Assembly (NCBI RefSeq): GCF_030144855.1
Contig: NC_082730.1
Span: 2,542,001-2,606,000, forward strand
DNA from: Hypanus sabinus
Lineage: Eukaryota
Length of the DNA: 64,000 bases
Direction of reading: 5' to 3'
A program made the translations under genes and the position numbers. The notes under the pieces are model-generated. The model was not told where the DNA came from and made no database searches. It saw nothing but the letters and a program-made list of their open reading frames with translations. Position 1 is the stretch's first letter. Each line of letters begins with the position of its first letter. Positions 10,138 through 23,210 of this stretch are shown piece after piece.

Positions 10138-13100
10138 TTGGAACAAAACCGAGATCCAGAGATTGCTGCATTAAAGGAAACGGCTCTCTCCGAGGATGAG
10201 ATTCAGAGGGAGTCAGTAGGTTATTATCTTAAGGATGGGGTGTTGATGAGGAAGTGGAGATCACCTACTGTGCCTACAAGTGAGGATTGGTCCATTGAGC
10301 ACCAAGTTATGGTCCTGAAAGCTTACAGGGCTAAAATTTTAAACATGGCTCATAATATGCCTTTAGGTGGACATTTTGGAGTGAGGAAGACAGTGAACTG
10401 ATTTTGAAAGAATTCTACTGGCCTAATTTAAGGAAGGATGTAGTGAGATTTTGTAGGGCCTGTCACACTTGCCAAGTTGTGGGGAAACCTAATCAGGCCA
10501 TCCCAATAGAACCACTTAGGCCGATACCTGCTTTTGGTGAACCTTTTTCTAGAGTCATGATGGATTGTGTTGGCCCATTGCCAAAGATTGCAGTTGGCCA
10601 TCAGTATTTGTAAACCATTATGTATGCTGCGTCTAGGTTCCCTGAAGCAATTCCTTGCAGATATATTGAGGCTAAGACGATAGTGAAAGCTGTCATCAAG
10701 TTTTTCACACTGGCTGGTCTGTCCAAGCAGATTCAATCTGACCAGGGTAGTAACGTTACCTCAAGAACATTCCAGCAGATAGTTGGTGAACTGTGCGCTA
10801 AGCATCATCTGCATATCACACAGAGTCCCAGGGAGCCTCGGAAAGGTTTCATTCCACTCTTAAGACCAAGATTAAAACATACACTCTGGAAAATGGAAAA
10901 GCCTGGGATGAAGGTGTGCATTTACTTTTATAACAATTACAGCACGGAAAAAGGCCATCTCAGCCCTTCTAGTACATACTGAACGCTTACTCTCACATAC
11001 TCAATGACCTGAACGCAGCCCATAACCCTCCATTCCTTTCCTGTCCATATACCTATCCAAATTTTCTTTAAATGACAATATTGAACCTGCCTCTACCACT
11101 TCTACTGGAAGCTCATTCCATACAGCTACCACTCTCCGAGTAAAGAAGTTCCCCCTTGTGTTACCCCTAAACTTCTGCCCCCTAACTCTTAACTCGTTCT
11201 CTTGTTTAAATCTCCTCTACTCTCAATGGAAAAAGCCTATCCACGTCAACTGTATCTATCCCCCTCTTAGTTTTAAATACCTCTATCAAGCCCCCCTCAA
11301 GCTTCTACGCTCCGAAGAATAAAGACCTAACTTGTTCAACCTTTCTCTGTAACTTGGGTGCTGAAACCCAGGTAAAATTTGAGTAAATCGCCTCTGTACT
11401 CTTTCTAATTTGTTGACATATTTCCTATAATTCAGTGACCAGAACTGTACACAATACTCCAAATTTGGCCTCACCAATGCCTTGTACAATTTTAACATTA
11501 CATCCCAACTCCTATACTCAATGCTCTGATTTATAAAGGCCAGCATACCGAAAGCTTTCTTCACCACCCTATCCGCATGAGATTCCACCTTTAGGGAACT
11601 ATGCACCATTATTCCTAGATCACTTTGTTCTATTGCATTCCTCAATGCCCTATCATTTACCATGTATGTCCTATTTTGATTAGTCCTACCAACATGTAGC
11701 ATGTCACACTGATCTGCATTAAACTCCATCTGCCATCGCTCAGCCCACTCTTCTAACTGGTTTAAATCTCTCTGCAAGCTTTGAAAACCTACTTTGTTAT
11801 CCACAACGCCACCTATCTTAATATCATCTGCATACTTACTAATCCAACCTACCACCCCATCATCCAGATCATTAATGTATATGACAAACACTGGACCCAG
11901 TACAGATCCCTGAGGCACACCACTGGTCACCAGCCTCCAACCTGACAAGGAGATATCCTCCACTACTCTCTGGCATCTCCCATCCAGCCACTGTTGAATC
12001 CATTTTAGTACTTCAATATTAATACCTAACGATTGAACCTTCCTAACTAACCTTCCATGTGGAACCTTGTCAACGTCCTTACTGAAGTCCATGTGGACAA
12101 CATCCACTGATTTACACTTGTCAACTTTCCTTGCAACCTCTTCAAAAAATTCAGTAAGATTTGTCAAACATAACCTTCCACGCACAAATCCATGTTGACT
12201 GTTCCTAATCAGACCCTGTCTATCCAGATAATTATATATACCATTTCTACGAATACTTTCCATTAATTTCCCCACCACTGATGTCAAACTTACAGGCTGA
12301 GAATTGCTAGGTTTACTCTTAGAACACTTTTTATCCAATGGAACCACATGAGCAATACGCCAATCCTCCAGCACCATCCCTGTTTCTAATGACATTTGAA
12401 ATATTTCTGTCAGAGCCCCTGCTATTTCTACACCAACTTCCCTCAAGGTCCTAGGGAATATCCTGTCAGGATCTGGAGACTTAACCACTTTCATATTCTT
12501 TAAAAGTGCCAGTACTTCCTCTTCTTTAATAATCGAGGTTTCCATAACTATCCTACTTGTTTCCCTCACCTTACACAATTGAATATCCTTCTCCTTCGTG
12601 AATACCAAAGAAAATAAATTGTTCAAAATCTCCTCCATCTCTTTTGGCTCCACACATAGTTGTCCACTCTGATTCTCTAAGGGACCAGTTTTATCCCTCA
12701 CTATCCTTTTGCTATTAATATAACTGTAGAAATGCCTTGGATTTATTTTCACCTTACTTGCCAAAGCAACCTCATATCTTTTAGCTTTTCTAATTTCTTT
12801 CTTAAGATTCTTTTTACATTCTTTATATTCCTCGAGCACTTCAATTATTCCATGCTGCCTATATTTATTGTAGACCTCTCTCTTTTTCCGAACCAAGTTT
12901 CCAATATCCCTTGAAAACCATGGCTCTTTCAAACTTTTAACCTTTCCTTTCAACCGAACAGGAAAATAAAGATTCTGTACCCTCAAAATTTCACCTTTAA
13001 ATGATCTCCATTTCTCTATTACATCCTTCCCATAAAACAAATTGTCCCAATCTACTCCTTCTAAATCCTTTTGCATTTCCTCAAAGTTGGTCTTTCTCCA

Positions 13101-14470
13101 ATCAAAAATCTCAACCCTGGGTCCAGTCCTATCCTTCTCCATAATTATATTGAAACTAATGGCACTGTAATCACTGGACCGGAAGTTTTCCCCAACACAT
13201 ACCTCCGTCATCTGACTTATCTCATTCCCTAACAGGAGGTCCAACACTGCCCCTTGTCTAGTTGGTACCTCTATGTATTGCTGCAAAAAGCTATCCTGCA
13301 CACAAAATTTACAAACTCCAAATGCACCCAGCCCTTTTACAGAATGGGCTTCCCAAGTCTATCTGTGGAAAATTTAAATCTCCCACAATCACAACCTTAT
13401 GCTTACTACAAATATCTGCTATCTCCTTACAAATTTGCTCCTCTGATTTTCACTCCCCCTTAGGTGGTCGATAATACACCACTATAAGTGTTACTACACC
13501 TTTCCCATTCCTCAATTTCACCCAAATAGTCTCCCTGGACGAACCTTCTAATCTATCCTGCCAAAGCATCGCTATAATATTTTCTGTGACAAGCAATGCA
13601 ACACCTCCCCCTCTTGCTCCGCCGATTTTGTCACACCTGAAGCAATAAAATCCAGGAATATCTAGTAGCCAATCACACCACTTCTGCAACCATGTTTCAC
13701 TAATAGCTACAACATTATATTTCCAGGTATCAATCCATGTTCTAAGCTCATTCATCTTTCGTACAATGCTCCCAGAATTAAAATAAATGCATTTAAGAAA
13801 TTCTCCACCTCTTACTCTCTGTTTATCCCTAACAGTGTAAACAACTTTACTATCTTCTTTTTCTTCCTTCTCCCCTACATCTTCAGTCTGAGCGCTCCGC
13901 TTCTCTATCACCTGCCTATCCTCCCTCACACACTGTCTACAAGCTTTCTCTATTTGTGAACTAATCTCCTCTGTCCTAGTCTCATCAATTTGATTCCCAC
14001 CCCACCAACCATTCTAGTTTAAAGTCTCCCCAATAGCCTTAGCAAATCTCCCCGCCAGGATATTGGTCCCCCTAGGGTTCAAGTGCAACCTGTCCTTTTT
14101 GTACAGGTCACACCTGCCCTAAAAGTGGTCCCAATGATTCAGAAACTTGAATTCCTGCATCTTGCTCCAGAGACTCAATTCAAGAATCATAAGGACTTAG
14201 CCCGGTTGAACTTGTTTTTGGTCACAGGGCAGGCGGACCCTTAACCATACTCAGAGAACAGTGGTCTAATCAGGAGGTGTCTGTAAGCATGTTCAATTAT
14301 TTTTTGGAATGCAGAGATAGGTTTAACAAGGTTTGTGACCTTGCAAAGCAGAATTTACAGAACTCTCAGAGGAAGATGAAGGTCTGGTATGACAGAAAAG
14401 CTAGAGAACAGATGTATCGTGTTGGAGATAAGGTTCTGGTGCTGTTCCCCCTCCTGACCAACCCCTTCCA
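10138..14470 (+). pseudogene. Integrase, split by a CR1 insertion (parts 10138-10930 and ~14165-14470)
   Basis: AHNMPLGGHFG..CRACHTC (HHCC), MMDCVGPL, IQSDQGSN, QGASERFHSTLK; resumes with RDSIQES.GLSP.ELVFGH after the CR1. Confidence 0.9.
10931..14165 (-). mobile_element. 5'-truncated CR1-type LINE (end of ORF1 plus ORF2 endonuclease and RT), nested in the integrase
   Basis: ORF 11286-13301 (671 aa; VDVVHMDFSK, GVPQGSVLGP, ISKYADDIKI), endonuclease ORF 13450-13929, CR1 tail near 10935. Confidence 0.97.
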
Positions 14471-16121
14471 ATGAAATTTAGTGGACCATACCAGATAATT
14501 AAGAATATTGTCTCTTTGAATTATGTTGTTAGGACTCCCGACCAAAGGAAGGCTACCCAAGTGGTACACGTAAATATGATAAAGCCTTATCATAACTCAG
14601 ACACGGCATCTGTGAGTACTGTGATGAAAACAAGTGTAGTTGTGGAGACTAGTAATGAGGTAACATGTAATTCTAACAAACTAAGTATAGTCTCAACAAA
14701 GCTCAAAAATTCTGTTGTTTTGGCAAATATTGATAGTAAAGTCCATCATTTGGAGCCTGACCAGCAAAATCAATTGAAAGGACTAATTAGCATGTATGAG
14801 GATTTATTCCCTGACATTCCCAAACAAAGCACATCTGCAGTGCATGACGTAATTGTAGATCATGTTGACCCGATTAAGCAACATCCTTACAGAATGAATT
14901 TAGAGAAAAGTAAAATGGCTGAACAAGAAATTGGGTTCATGCTGATAAACGGTATCATTAGACCACCTACCTCAGTCTGGGCGTCGCCCTGTGTTGTTGT
15001 GCCTGAACTGAACGGCAGCATGAGATTCTGTACTGATTACAGGAAAGTTAATGCAGTGACCAAGACAGATGCTTATCCCATCCTGAGAGTGGATGACTGT
15101 ATTGATAAGGTGGGAAAGGCTAAGCACCTTACAAAAATTGACCTGTTAAAAGAATACTGGTGTGTTCCCTTGACAGAAAGGGTTAGAGAAATCTCTGGAT
15201 TTCTAACACCATCTGGACTGTATGTGTATAGTGTTTTACCCTTTGGAATGAAAAATGCTCCAGGGACATTTCAAAGAAGTATTAATTCTGTTATTCGAGT
15301 ATTAGAAAATACAGAGGCTTATACTGACGATTTGGTTGTATGGAATGACATGTGGGAAGAGCATATGTCGGCAGTCGAGAAGATACTTGACTGGCTTTCC
15401 AAGGCAAATCTTACTGTTAGCCTCATGAAAAGTGAATTTGGCCATGCCACTGTTACTTATCTTGGCTATGTAGTAGGCCAGGGCCAACTGGCTCCTGTGC
15501 AGGCCACGATTCAAGCTATTGCTGAGGTTCCCTTTCCAATGGGCAAGAAAGCTTTAAGAAGGTTTTTAGGAATGGTTGGCTATTACTATAAGTTTTGTAA
15601 AACCTTTGCTGATATTGCTCTCCCCCTAATGAAACTACTAGGGAAGAGTGAAAGATTTGTATGGTTACCTTTGCCAGGAGGCATTTGAATGCCTGAAAAC
15701 CATTCTGTGTTACCAACCTACACTCAAAGCACCTGATTTTACTAAAACATTTTCTATAGCGTTAGACGCTCGAGATGAAGCTGCTGGGGCGATATTGATA
15801 CAAAAGAGTGATGATGACATTGAACATCCTGTAGCTTATTTCTCAAAGAACTTTAATGTGCACCAGAAAAATTATTCTACTGTTGAAAAGGAGTTGCTAT
15901 CACTCATTTTAGCTTTGCAACATCATGATGTCTATGTCTGTCCTGAGCAGAAACCACTCATGGTTTACACTGACCATAATCCATTAGTGTTTATAAGTAA
16001 AATGAAGGATAAGAATAGAAGGTTACTAAACTGGAGAGTTACCTTGCAAGAATATGACATGAAAATGAGACATGTGAAAGATACTGACAACATTATAGCA
16101 GATTGTTTGTCCAGGTGTTAA
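14471..16121 (+). pseudogene. pol: Gypsy reverse transcriptase and RNase H (frameshift near 15650-15690)
   Basis: KFSGPY, KQHPYR, WASPCVVV, RFCTDYRKVN, LPFGMKNAPGTFQR, YTDD (15320-15331), PVAYFSK, EKELL, YTDHNPL, ADCLSR. Confidence 0.95.
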
Positions 16122-16247
16122 GTTAAAATTTGTATACACTTTTGCTATCTTACCTGATAATTACACATGTATTGATTCAAACTCTATAATCTATAGTTAG
16201 AGAAAAAGTTTGCTCCTTGATCAATTTTTTTCCCAAAAGGAGATCAG

Positions 16248-16970
16248 TATGACGAGATCCTAAGGCTTATTCATTATGGACTGTGCCTTTAAAAATAAAG
16301 CGCCGCTGATTCAGAGAGAGAGAAGCACAGAGCAGCTCGTGAGTTGATATGATGATGGAAGGGCGGAGCTATATAATGGACAGCTGGTCTTCAGCATGGT
16401 TGAATATATAAACAAGGTCATCTGGTTTTCAGGCAGACACCCGGAAGACACACAGAGATACAGAAGAAATAGACACTGAGTGCCCATGACAGGGTGGGTT
16501 TTGCTCACAGTGTGGAAAAAGGGTGACCGGTGGAAAGCTATTGGTGTGTTTAACCCTTGCCTGGGTTGATAGCTTTACCACGTGAAGATGGTACCCTTAG
16601 CGAGGTCACAGTCAGTGACCTTAAAAGGTTTTCAGAGGACAACGGGAAGATCAACAGCATCGGCTTACTTGGATAACAAATCACCTCTTTCTCTCTCCTC
16701 AATTCTACTCAACTCAACATCACGAACTGAACTGACTTCGTTTATATACCATCGTAAGACTGTATCATTTGCCACCTAAGCTTGAAGAAGATTGGAGTTT
16801 TATATTTTCACACTTATATATGCACGAACTCTGCTGACCTGTTTGATTTATCTGGTTTTATATTACTATATTACGTAGATACTAATAAATAGTGTTTTGT
16901 TAATAGCAGAACCAGACTCGAAGTGTGTTCCATTTCTGCTGGTTCTTTTAACCTGTTACAGGGTACGTAA
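16248..16970 (+). repeat. 3' LTR
   Basis: Starts tatgacgag (TG degraded) after a short purine tract; similar to 7495-8234 throughout; ends gggtacgtaa. Confidence 0.9.
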
Positions 16971-17859
16971 AGTGTTGAATTGGAAAATTGAATATGTAAG
17001 TTAACAGAACAAATGGAAAAGTTCACTGAATAAGTGGGAAAAGAAAACAGTGATAAAATACAAAAACAATATGATGGAGACAGTAAAATGTCAAAAGACC
17101 AAGTCTTTGCATTAACTGAAGTGACCCGAGTGAAAAAAAAAACTATGTATTAAGTTTAATTGAGGTAAAGTGGAGATTCAAGATAAAGTGAAGCAGTAGC
17201 AGAAAACTGAGCAGGGACCTCTAGGGGCGGTGTTGCCAGTGACGCTCCTCCTTGGGAAACACCCCGATATGGGACAGTCCTCCAAGATAGCGCCACCATC
17301 CAAACTCCATGCAATTACTGGATGGACATAACATTGTCTCTCAGTGAGTCCTGGCGACTCAGGTTAGGATGACAACAACAAATAAATAGGTTTAACTGCC
17401 ATGTCACGATTTGTCCCAATAAAGACCAGGGAAGTGGAGATGGAAGCTATAAATCTGAATCAGAATCAGGTTTAATAGCAACAGCATATGTCATGAAATT
17501 TGTTACTTTTGCAGCAGGAGTACAATGCAATAAATAATAATAGAGAAAAAACTGTCAATTACATTAACTATATATTCATTAGTCAAATTAAATAAGTATT
17601 GTAAAATAAATATACATTAAAAGTAGTGAGGTAGTAAAGGTAGTGAGTATGAAAGGATACAGGTGTTTTTTTCATCAATTGCCTGAACAGGAAAAGATTG
17701 ATAAATGATATAAGGAAGGTGTACATCCCAGACAAGATAGTTGGGATATTAAGTCAGATACAAATTGATCCCCTTTCATGGCAACTAAATTCTGTCTACT
17801 ATGTTGCCTTCTCAGCAAATCTCGCAGTTGACTGGTGGAGTTGATGACACCATAGGAGC

Positions 17860-18280
17860 TGACAAATCAACGTGTACAAGGTGGTGGAAGAATCAGTGGA
17901 CTAGCGAGTAGCACATGTTGCTCCATTTTTCAAGAATAGAACCATGGATAAACGTGGAAACGATAGATCCTCGACTCTCATGATAGTGGTAGAAAACTTG
18001 CTGGAGAAGGTTCTTACAGATAGGACTTATGACAATTTGGAAACATTGACTAATGAGGGGTAGCCTGTATGTCTTTGTGCAGGACAAATTGTGCATATCA
18101 AATTTGATTGAGTTTTCTAATGAGGTGACGAGGGTGATTGGTGATGGAAGAACTGTGGATAAGTGGCGATTGACAGGGTCAATCAGAGGCGGCTCATCCA
18201 GAAAATTAAGATGCATGGGTCCATGGCAAATAGGCTATTTGGATTCAGAATTGGCTTGTCCATAGAAGGCAGAGGGTAGA
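17860..18280 (+). mobile_element. CR1 RT fragment, degraded
   Basis: LCISNLIEFSNEVTRVIGDGRTVD (ORF 18053-18265). Confidence 0.7.
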
Positions 18281-18489
18281 GTGAATAGGAGGGAGAGAGG
18301 GGGAAAGGAGAGGAAAAGGACAACATTGGAAATATTGATGGGTTTGGGTTGAAGGGTAGACTGACTGGATCTCAGACACCATCTTCCCCACTGATTCATC
18401 CACTAATCCCACCACGTCCCCTGTCCCAGATGTTGTGGGCACCCTTACGAATCTGTGTGGAATACAGTGACACCTCTGGAATACATTAG

Positions 18490-19005
18490 CCTCAACCATA
18501 AGACATGGTAGCAGAATTAGGCCATTTGGTCTGCCTTTCAATCCTGGCTGATCGTTTTTAACTTCCTCAGCCCCATTCCACGTCCTCCTTCCCATAACCT
18601 TCAAAGCCATGACCAATCAACAACCTATCAATCTCCACCTTAAATACACCCAGTGACCTGAGCTCTACAGTAGCCTGTGATAACACATTTCACAAATTCA
18701 CCACCCTCTGGCTAAAGAAATTTCTTTGCAACCCTGTTTTAAGTGTATGCTCCTTTGCCCTGAAGCTGTTCTCTCTTGTCCACTTCCATGGGGAACAGCC
18801 TTTTTATGTCTATTCTCTCTAGGCCTTTCAAAATTCAAAATATTTCAATGAGATCCCCCTCTGACCCTTCTAAATTCCAGCAAGTGAAAGCCTAGAGCCA
18901 TCAAACGTCCCCCAGATGATAAACCATTCATTCCCAGAAACATCCTTGTGAACCTCCACTGAAACCTATCCAATTCAGAAAGACTATTAGATAAGGAGCC
19001 CAAAA
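18490..19005 (-). mobile_element. CR1 3' fragment
   Basis: Reverse-complement CR1 tail ccataagacatggtagcagaattaggcc and C-terminal coding remnants. Confidence 0.75.
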
Positions 19006-19441
19006 GTGTTCAGCCTCACCCTCCCTGTCTCTGATACTCTCTATAACCTATGCCCTTCACTATCCACGTGTTCTCCTTCCTCTGCATCCTTCCTTCTCCT
19101 GCCCACTTCCGAAGCTCCACGATTCTCTCCCCCCAACTCCAATCCTCCATGTCTTCATGATCCCCTCCATTCCCTACACCACTTATCATCTAAATGACAT
19201 TTCCCTGACCATTCCAATCTCTGTAATCCTCTCTTTCACTGTCACAGTGATTTCCTCCCTCCCCTTCAATCCTCTCCATCTTTATGGACTCAATTTATTC
19301 CTACACTTCCCAATCTGTGTGATACCAAACCCCCACACAGCCTCCAGTTTCTGTAAACCCTTCCGTCTTCTACATCCCTCTTTCACTAAAACTTCCCTCC
19401 CTGTCTTTGCATTCCCCTTCACCCCTCTCTGTATATGCCCC

Positions 19442-19735
19442 TGTAACCCTCAGGTTTGGTTGGCGGTGTAAGTCTAGAGAAGACAATCTCTGGTCCCGCC
19501 AAACATGTGAAATTTCAGGTGCAAAACCTTCTGTTTCTGTGGATGCTGTGTGATTTGTTCCCCTGTTACAAATCAATCCCATGAAATAACAGGCCACATG
19601 CCCTATGCAATTAAGCAATTTAGCTTTATAATTCTGAATTTGACTGAAGGGTTAGTAAAGAAAAACACAAAGAGAAGGGCCCATTTTAATGAAAAAGTCT
19701 AATATGCACAAGTTGAAGCTCACAGTTTCTCTATC
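19442..19735 (-). repeat. 3' portion of an LTR related to 24135-26091
   Basis: Begins TGTAACCC (minus-strand end GGGTTACA) and shares gaaataacag..ggcccatt..gtcta..tgcac..gagctca blocks with 24330-25620. Confidence 0.55.
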
Positions 19736-19848
19736 ACAGCCTAGTATGGAAACACCAATGTGCTGGAAGGGAAAATAATACAAAATGTAGTGGATACAAC
19801 GCAGTCCATCACGGGTTAAGCCCTCCCCGCCATTAAACTCATCTACAC

Positions 19849-22730
19849 AGTCAAGTCAAGTGAAGTCAAGTCACTTTTATTGTCATTTCGACCATGTAAA
19901 AATGAGACAATGTTTTTGCAGGACCATGGTGCTATATGACACAGTACAAAAACTAGACTGAACTACATAAAAAACAACAGAAAAAAAAAACTACACTAGA
20001 CTACAGACCTACGCAGGACTGCATAATGTGCACAAAACAGTGCAGGCATTACAATAAATAATAAACAAGGCAATAGGGCAGTAAGGTGTCAGTCCAGGCT
20101 CTGGGTATTGAGGAGTCTTATAGCTTGTTACATAGTCTGGCCGTGAAAGCTTTGGTGCCTTTTCCCAGCTGGCAGGAGGGAGAAGAGTATGAAGGGTGCA
20201 TGGGACCTTCATAATGCTGTTTGCTTTGCAGATGCAGCGTATGGTGTAAATGTATGTAATGGCGGTTAGAGAGACCCCGATGATCTTCTCAGTTGACCTC
20301 ACTATCCACTGCAGGGTCTTGAGATTCAAGACGGTGCAATTTCCAAACTAGGCAGTGATGCAGCTGCTCAGGATACTCTCAATACAACCCTTTAGAATGT
20401 GATGAGGATGGGGGGTGGGAGATGGACTTTCCTCAGTCTTTGCAGAAAGTAGAGATGGTGCTGGGCTTTCTTTGCTATGGAGCCTGTGTTGAGGGACCAG
20501 GTGAGATTCTCTGCCAGGTGAACGCCAAGAAATTTGGTGCTCTTAACGATTTCTACCGAGGAGCTGTCGATGTTCAGCGGGGAATGGTCGCTCCGTGCCC
20601 TCCTGAAGTCAACAACCATCTCTTTTGTTTTGTTCACATTCAGAGACAGGTTGTTGGCTCTGCACCAGTCTGTTAGCCGCTGCACCTCCTCTCTGTAAGC
20701 TGACTCGTCGTTCTTGCTGATGAGACCCACCACGGTCGTATCATTGGCAAACTTGATGATGTGGTTCAAGCTGTGTGTTGCAGCACAGTCGTGGGTCAGC
20801 AGATTGAACAGCAGTGGACTGAGCACACAGCCCTGGTGGGGGGCCCACTGTGCTCAGTGTGATGGTGTTGGAGATGCTGCTTCCGATCCGGACTGTCTGA
20901 GGTCTCCCAGTCAGGAAGAGATGTGGCCTTGAAGCATGTTGGAACGTTGGCGCTGCTCGGGAGATGTTGAAGATGTCAGTGAAACATCTGCTCGCTGGTC
21001 TGCACATTCTCTGAGCACTCTACCAGGAATCTTGTCTGGTCCAGCAGCCTTTTGAGGGTTGACCCTGCACAGGGTTCTTCTCACATCGGCCACGGTGAGA
21101 CACAGCACCTGGTCATTTGTGGGGGTGGGGTGGATTTCCTCACCGCCACATCATTTTTCCACCTCAGAACGCGGAGGGAGGCATCAGGTGATGCTGTCCT
21201 GATGTTGTCCCACGGAAGGCTGCTGGACCCGACAACATCCCTGGTAGAGTGCTCAGAAGATGTGCAGATCAGCTGGCAGATGTTCTCACTGGTGATGTCC
21301 TGGATGCCTTTTCACAGGTGCCGTGTGTCGTCGCTGTCCTGGAAGTGGCTGTGGATTCGCTGGGCATTTGCACGCTTTGCCCCTCTGGTGGCCCGGGACA
21401 GTTTGGCCCTTCCTGTTGTTGGGGCTGCTTTGTTGCCTGCTCTGAAGGCGGAGTCACAGTTCCTCAGAAGGGCACGCACCTCCGAGGTCATCCATGGCTT
21501 CTGTTTAGCACGTTTATTGCTGGTCTTGGACAGAGTAACATCATCGATGCACTTGTTGATGTAGCTGGTCACTGATGCCATTTACTCCTCTCAGCTGGTA
21601 GAGTCGCCATCGGTTGCAGCCTCCCTGAACATGTGCCAGTCAGTGTGCTCAAAGCAGTCTTGAAGAGCAGAGATGGCTCCTGCTGGCCAGGCTTTCACCT
21701 GCTTCAGAACTGGTCTGGAGCGCCTGACGAGTGGTCTGTATGCTGGGATTAGCATAACAGAGATGTGGTCTGAGTAACCGAGGTGGGGGCGGGGCTCTGC
21801 CCGGTACGCGTCGGGGATGTTTGTGTAAACCATGTCCAACGCGTTCTTCGCCCCGTTGCAAAGTTCGCATACTGACGGAATTTGGGGAGCACTGACTTAA
21901 GGTTCGCGTGGTTAAAATTACCGGCGACAATAAACAGTCCATCAGGATATGCGTTCTGCAGTTCGCTAATAGCCCCGTACAGTTCACCGAGCGCCTCCTT
22001 AGCATTAGCGCTGGGGGAATGTAGACACCAAATATAGGGACCCAGGTGAATTCCCGTGGCAAATAAAATGGTCTGCATCTAACAGCCACAAACTCCACTA
22101 GCGATTAGCAGTATCTGCAAACCAGCACAGAGTTCTTGCACCATTCCGTGTTGATGCAAACACACAAGCCACCACCGTGAGTCTTAGCGGAGAGAGCTGC
22201 GTCCCTGTCTGCTCGAAACAAGGCGAGCCCGTGTAGCTGAACGGCTGCGTCCGAAATTCCATCAGTGAGCCATGTTTCTGTAAAAACGTACTCACTTCAG
22301 ACTCTGTACTCCCGCCGAGTATTTCGTTGGAGTCGGATATAGTTCAATTGATTGTCCAGGGAGCGGACATGGGAGAGCAGAATGGACGGGAGAGCCGGCC
22401 GGCTCGGGTTTGCTTTTTGCCTGGCACGGACTCCTGCCCGCTTGCCTCGCTTCCGCCTCCTCGCACATCGCTACCAGCATCAGGCGAGTCCGAGGATTGT
22501 AGGCCCGTTCCCCTCAGCAAGCCGAGGTCACGTAATTTGACCAGCAGATCTTCATGAAGGTTTGTTTTTGGGCGATTTCTGTATTGTAGTAGTATCTGGC
22601 GATGGTAGATAGTCGCTCTGTTATCCATGTGCCCTAATCAAAAATTGTGTATCAAACTTAAATTAGAAAATTAAAGTAACAGCAGGTCTGAAAGGCCGCT
22701 GCTGCCGTGTAGTGCCGCCTCGCCTCGCCT
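19849..22730 (-). mobile_element. Rex1/Babar-type LINE, near full length but internally deleted and disrupted
   Basis: Endonuclease (FVAVRCRPFYLPREFT, GNFNHANL, YLGYSDH-like) and RT (LSPLLFNLLTHDC..IIKFANDTTVVGLI..NVNKTKEMVVDFRR), (GACTT)n-like tail. Confidence 0.9.
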
Positions 22731-22769
22731 CAGGGGACCCTCACAGGGCTCCACAGAGCGTAGTCACTG

Positions 22770-23210
22770 GGAAACAGGGTCTATTATTAGGGATCACCAG
22801 CTTCCAGACCATGAGATCTCGCTGCTGCCATCAGGAAGGATGTACAGGAGACGTTCAATTCTCACCTCTTCATTCAGGAACAGTTATTATCCTTCAGACG
22901 TCAGTTCTGGAACCGAAGGTGATAACTTCACTCAACTTCACTTGCCCCATCACTGAAAGTTCCCACAACCTGTAGATTCATTTTCAAGGACACTCGATCT
23001 TCTGTTATCCACATTTCTTGCTTATTTATTAGTTATTTTAATTCGTTCGTTTTGTATTTGCACAGTTCGTTGTCTTTTGCACACTGGTCGAATATCCAGT
23101 TAGTGCCGTCTTCCATTGACACTTTTATGGTTGATAATCTATTCTGGATATTTTGAACATGCCCACGGGAAACTGAGTCTCAGGATTCTTTATAGAGGCA
23201 TATATATCCT
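22770..23210 (+). mobile_element. LINE 3' fragment of Rex/L2 type
   Basis: ggagacgttcaattctcacctct..caggaacagttattatcc, followed by a typical AT-rich 3' UTR. Confidence 0.5.

Larger units (their letters stand above)
7495..16970 (+). mobile_element. Gmr1-like Gypsy LTR retrotransposon (LTR-gag-PR-IN-RT-RH-LTR), decayed, with a nested CR1
   Basis: Two similar LTRs, PBS, gag with CCHC knuckle, and protease, integrase, RT and RNase H motifs in that order. Confidence 0.92.
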
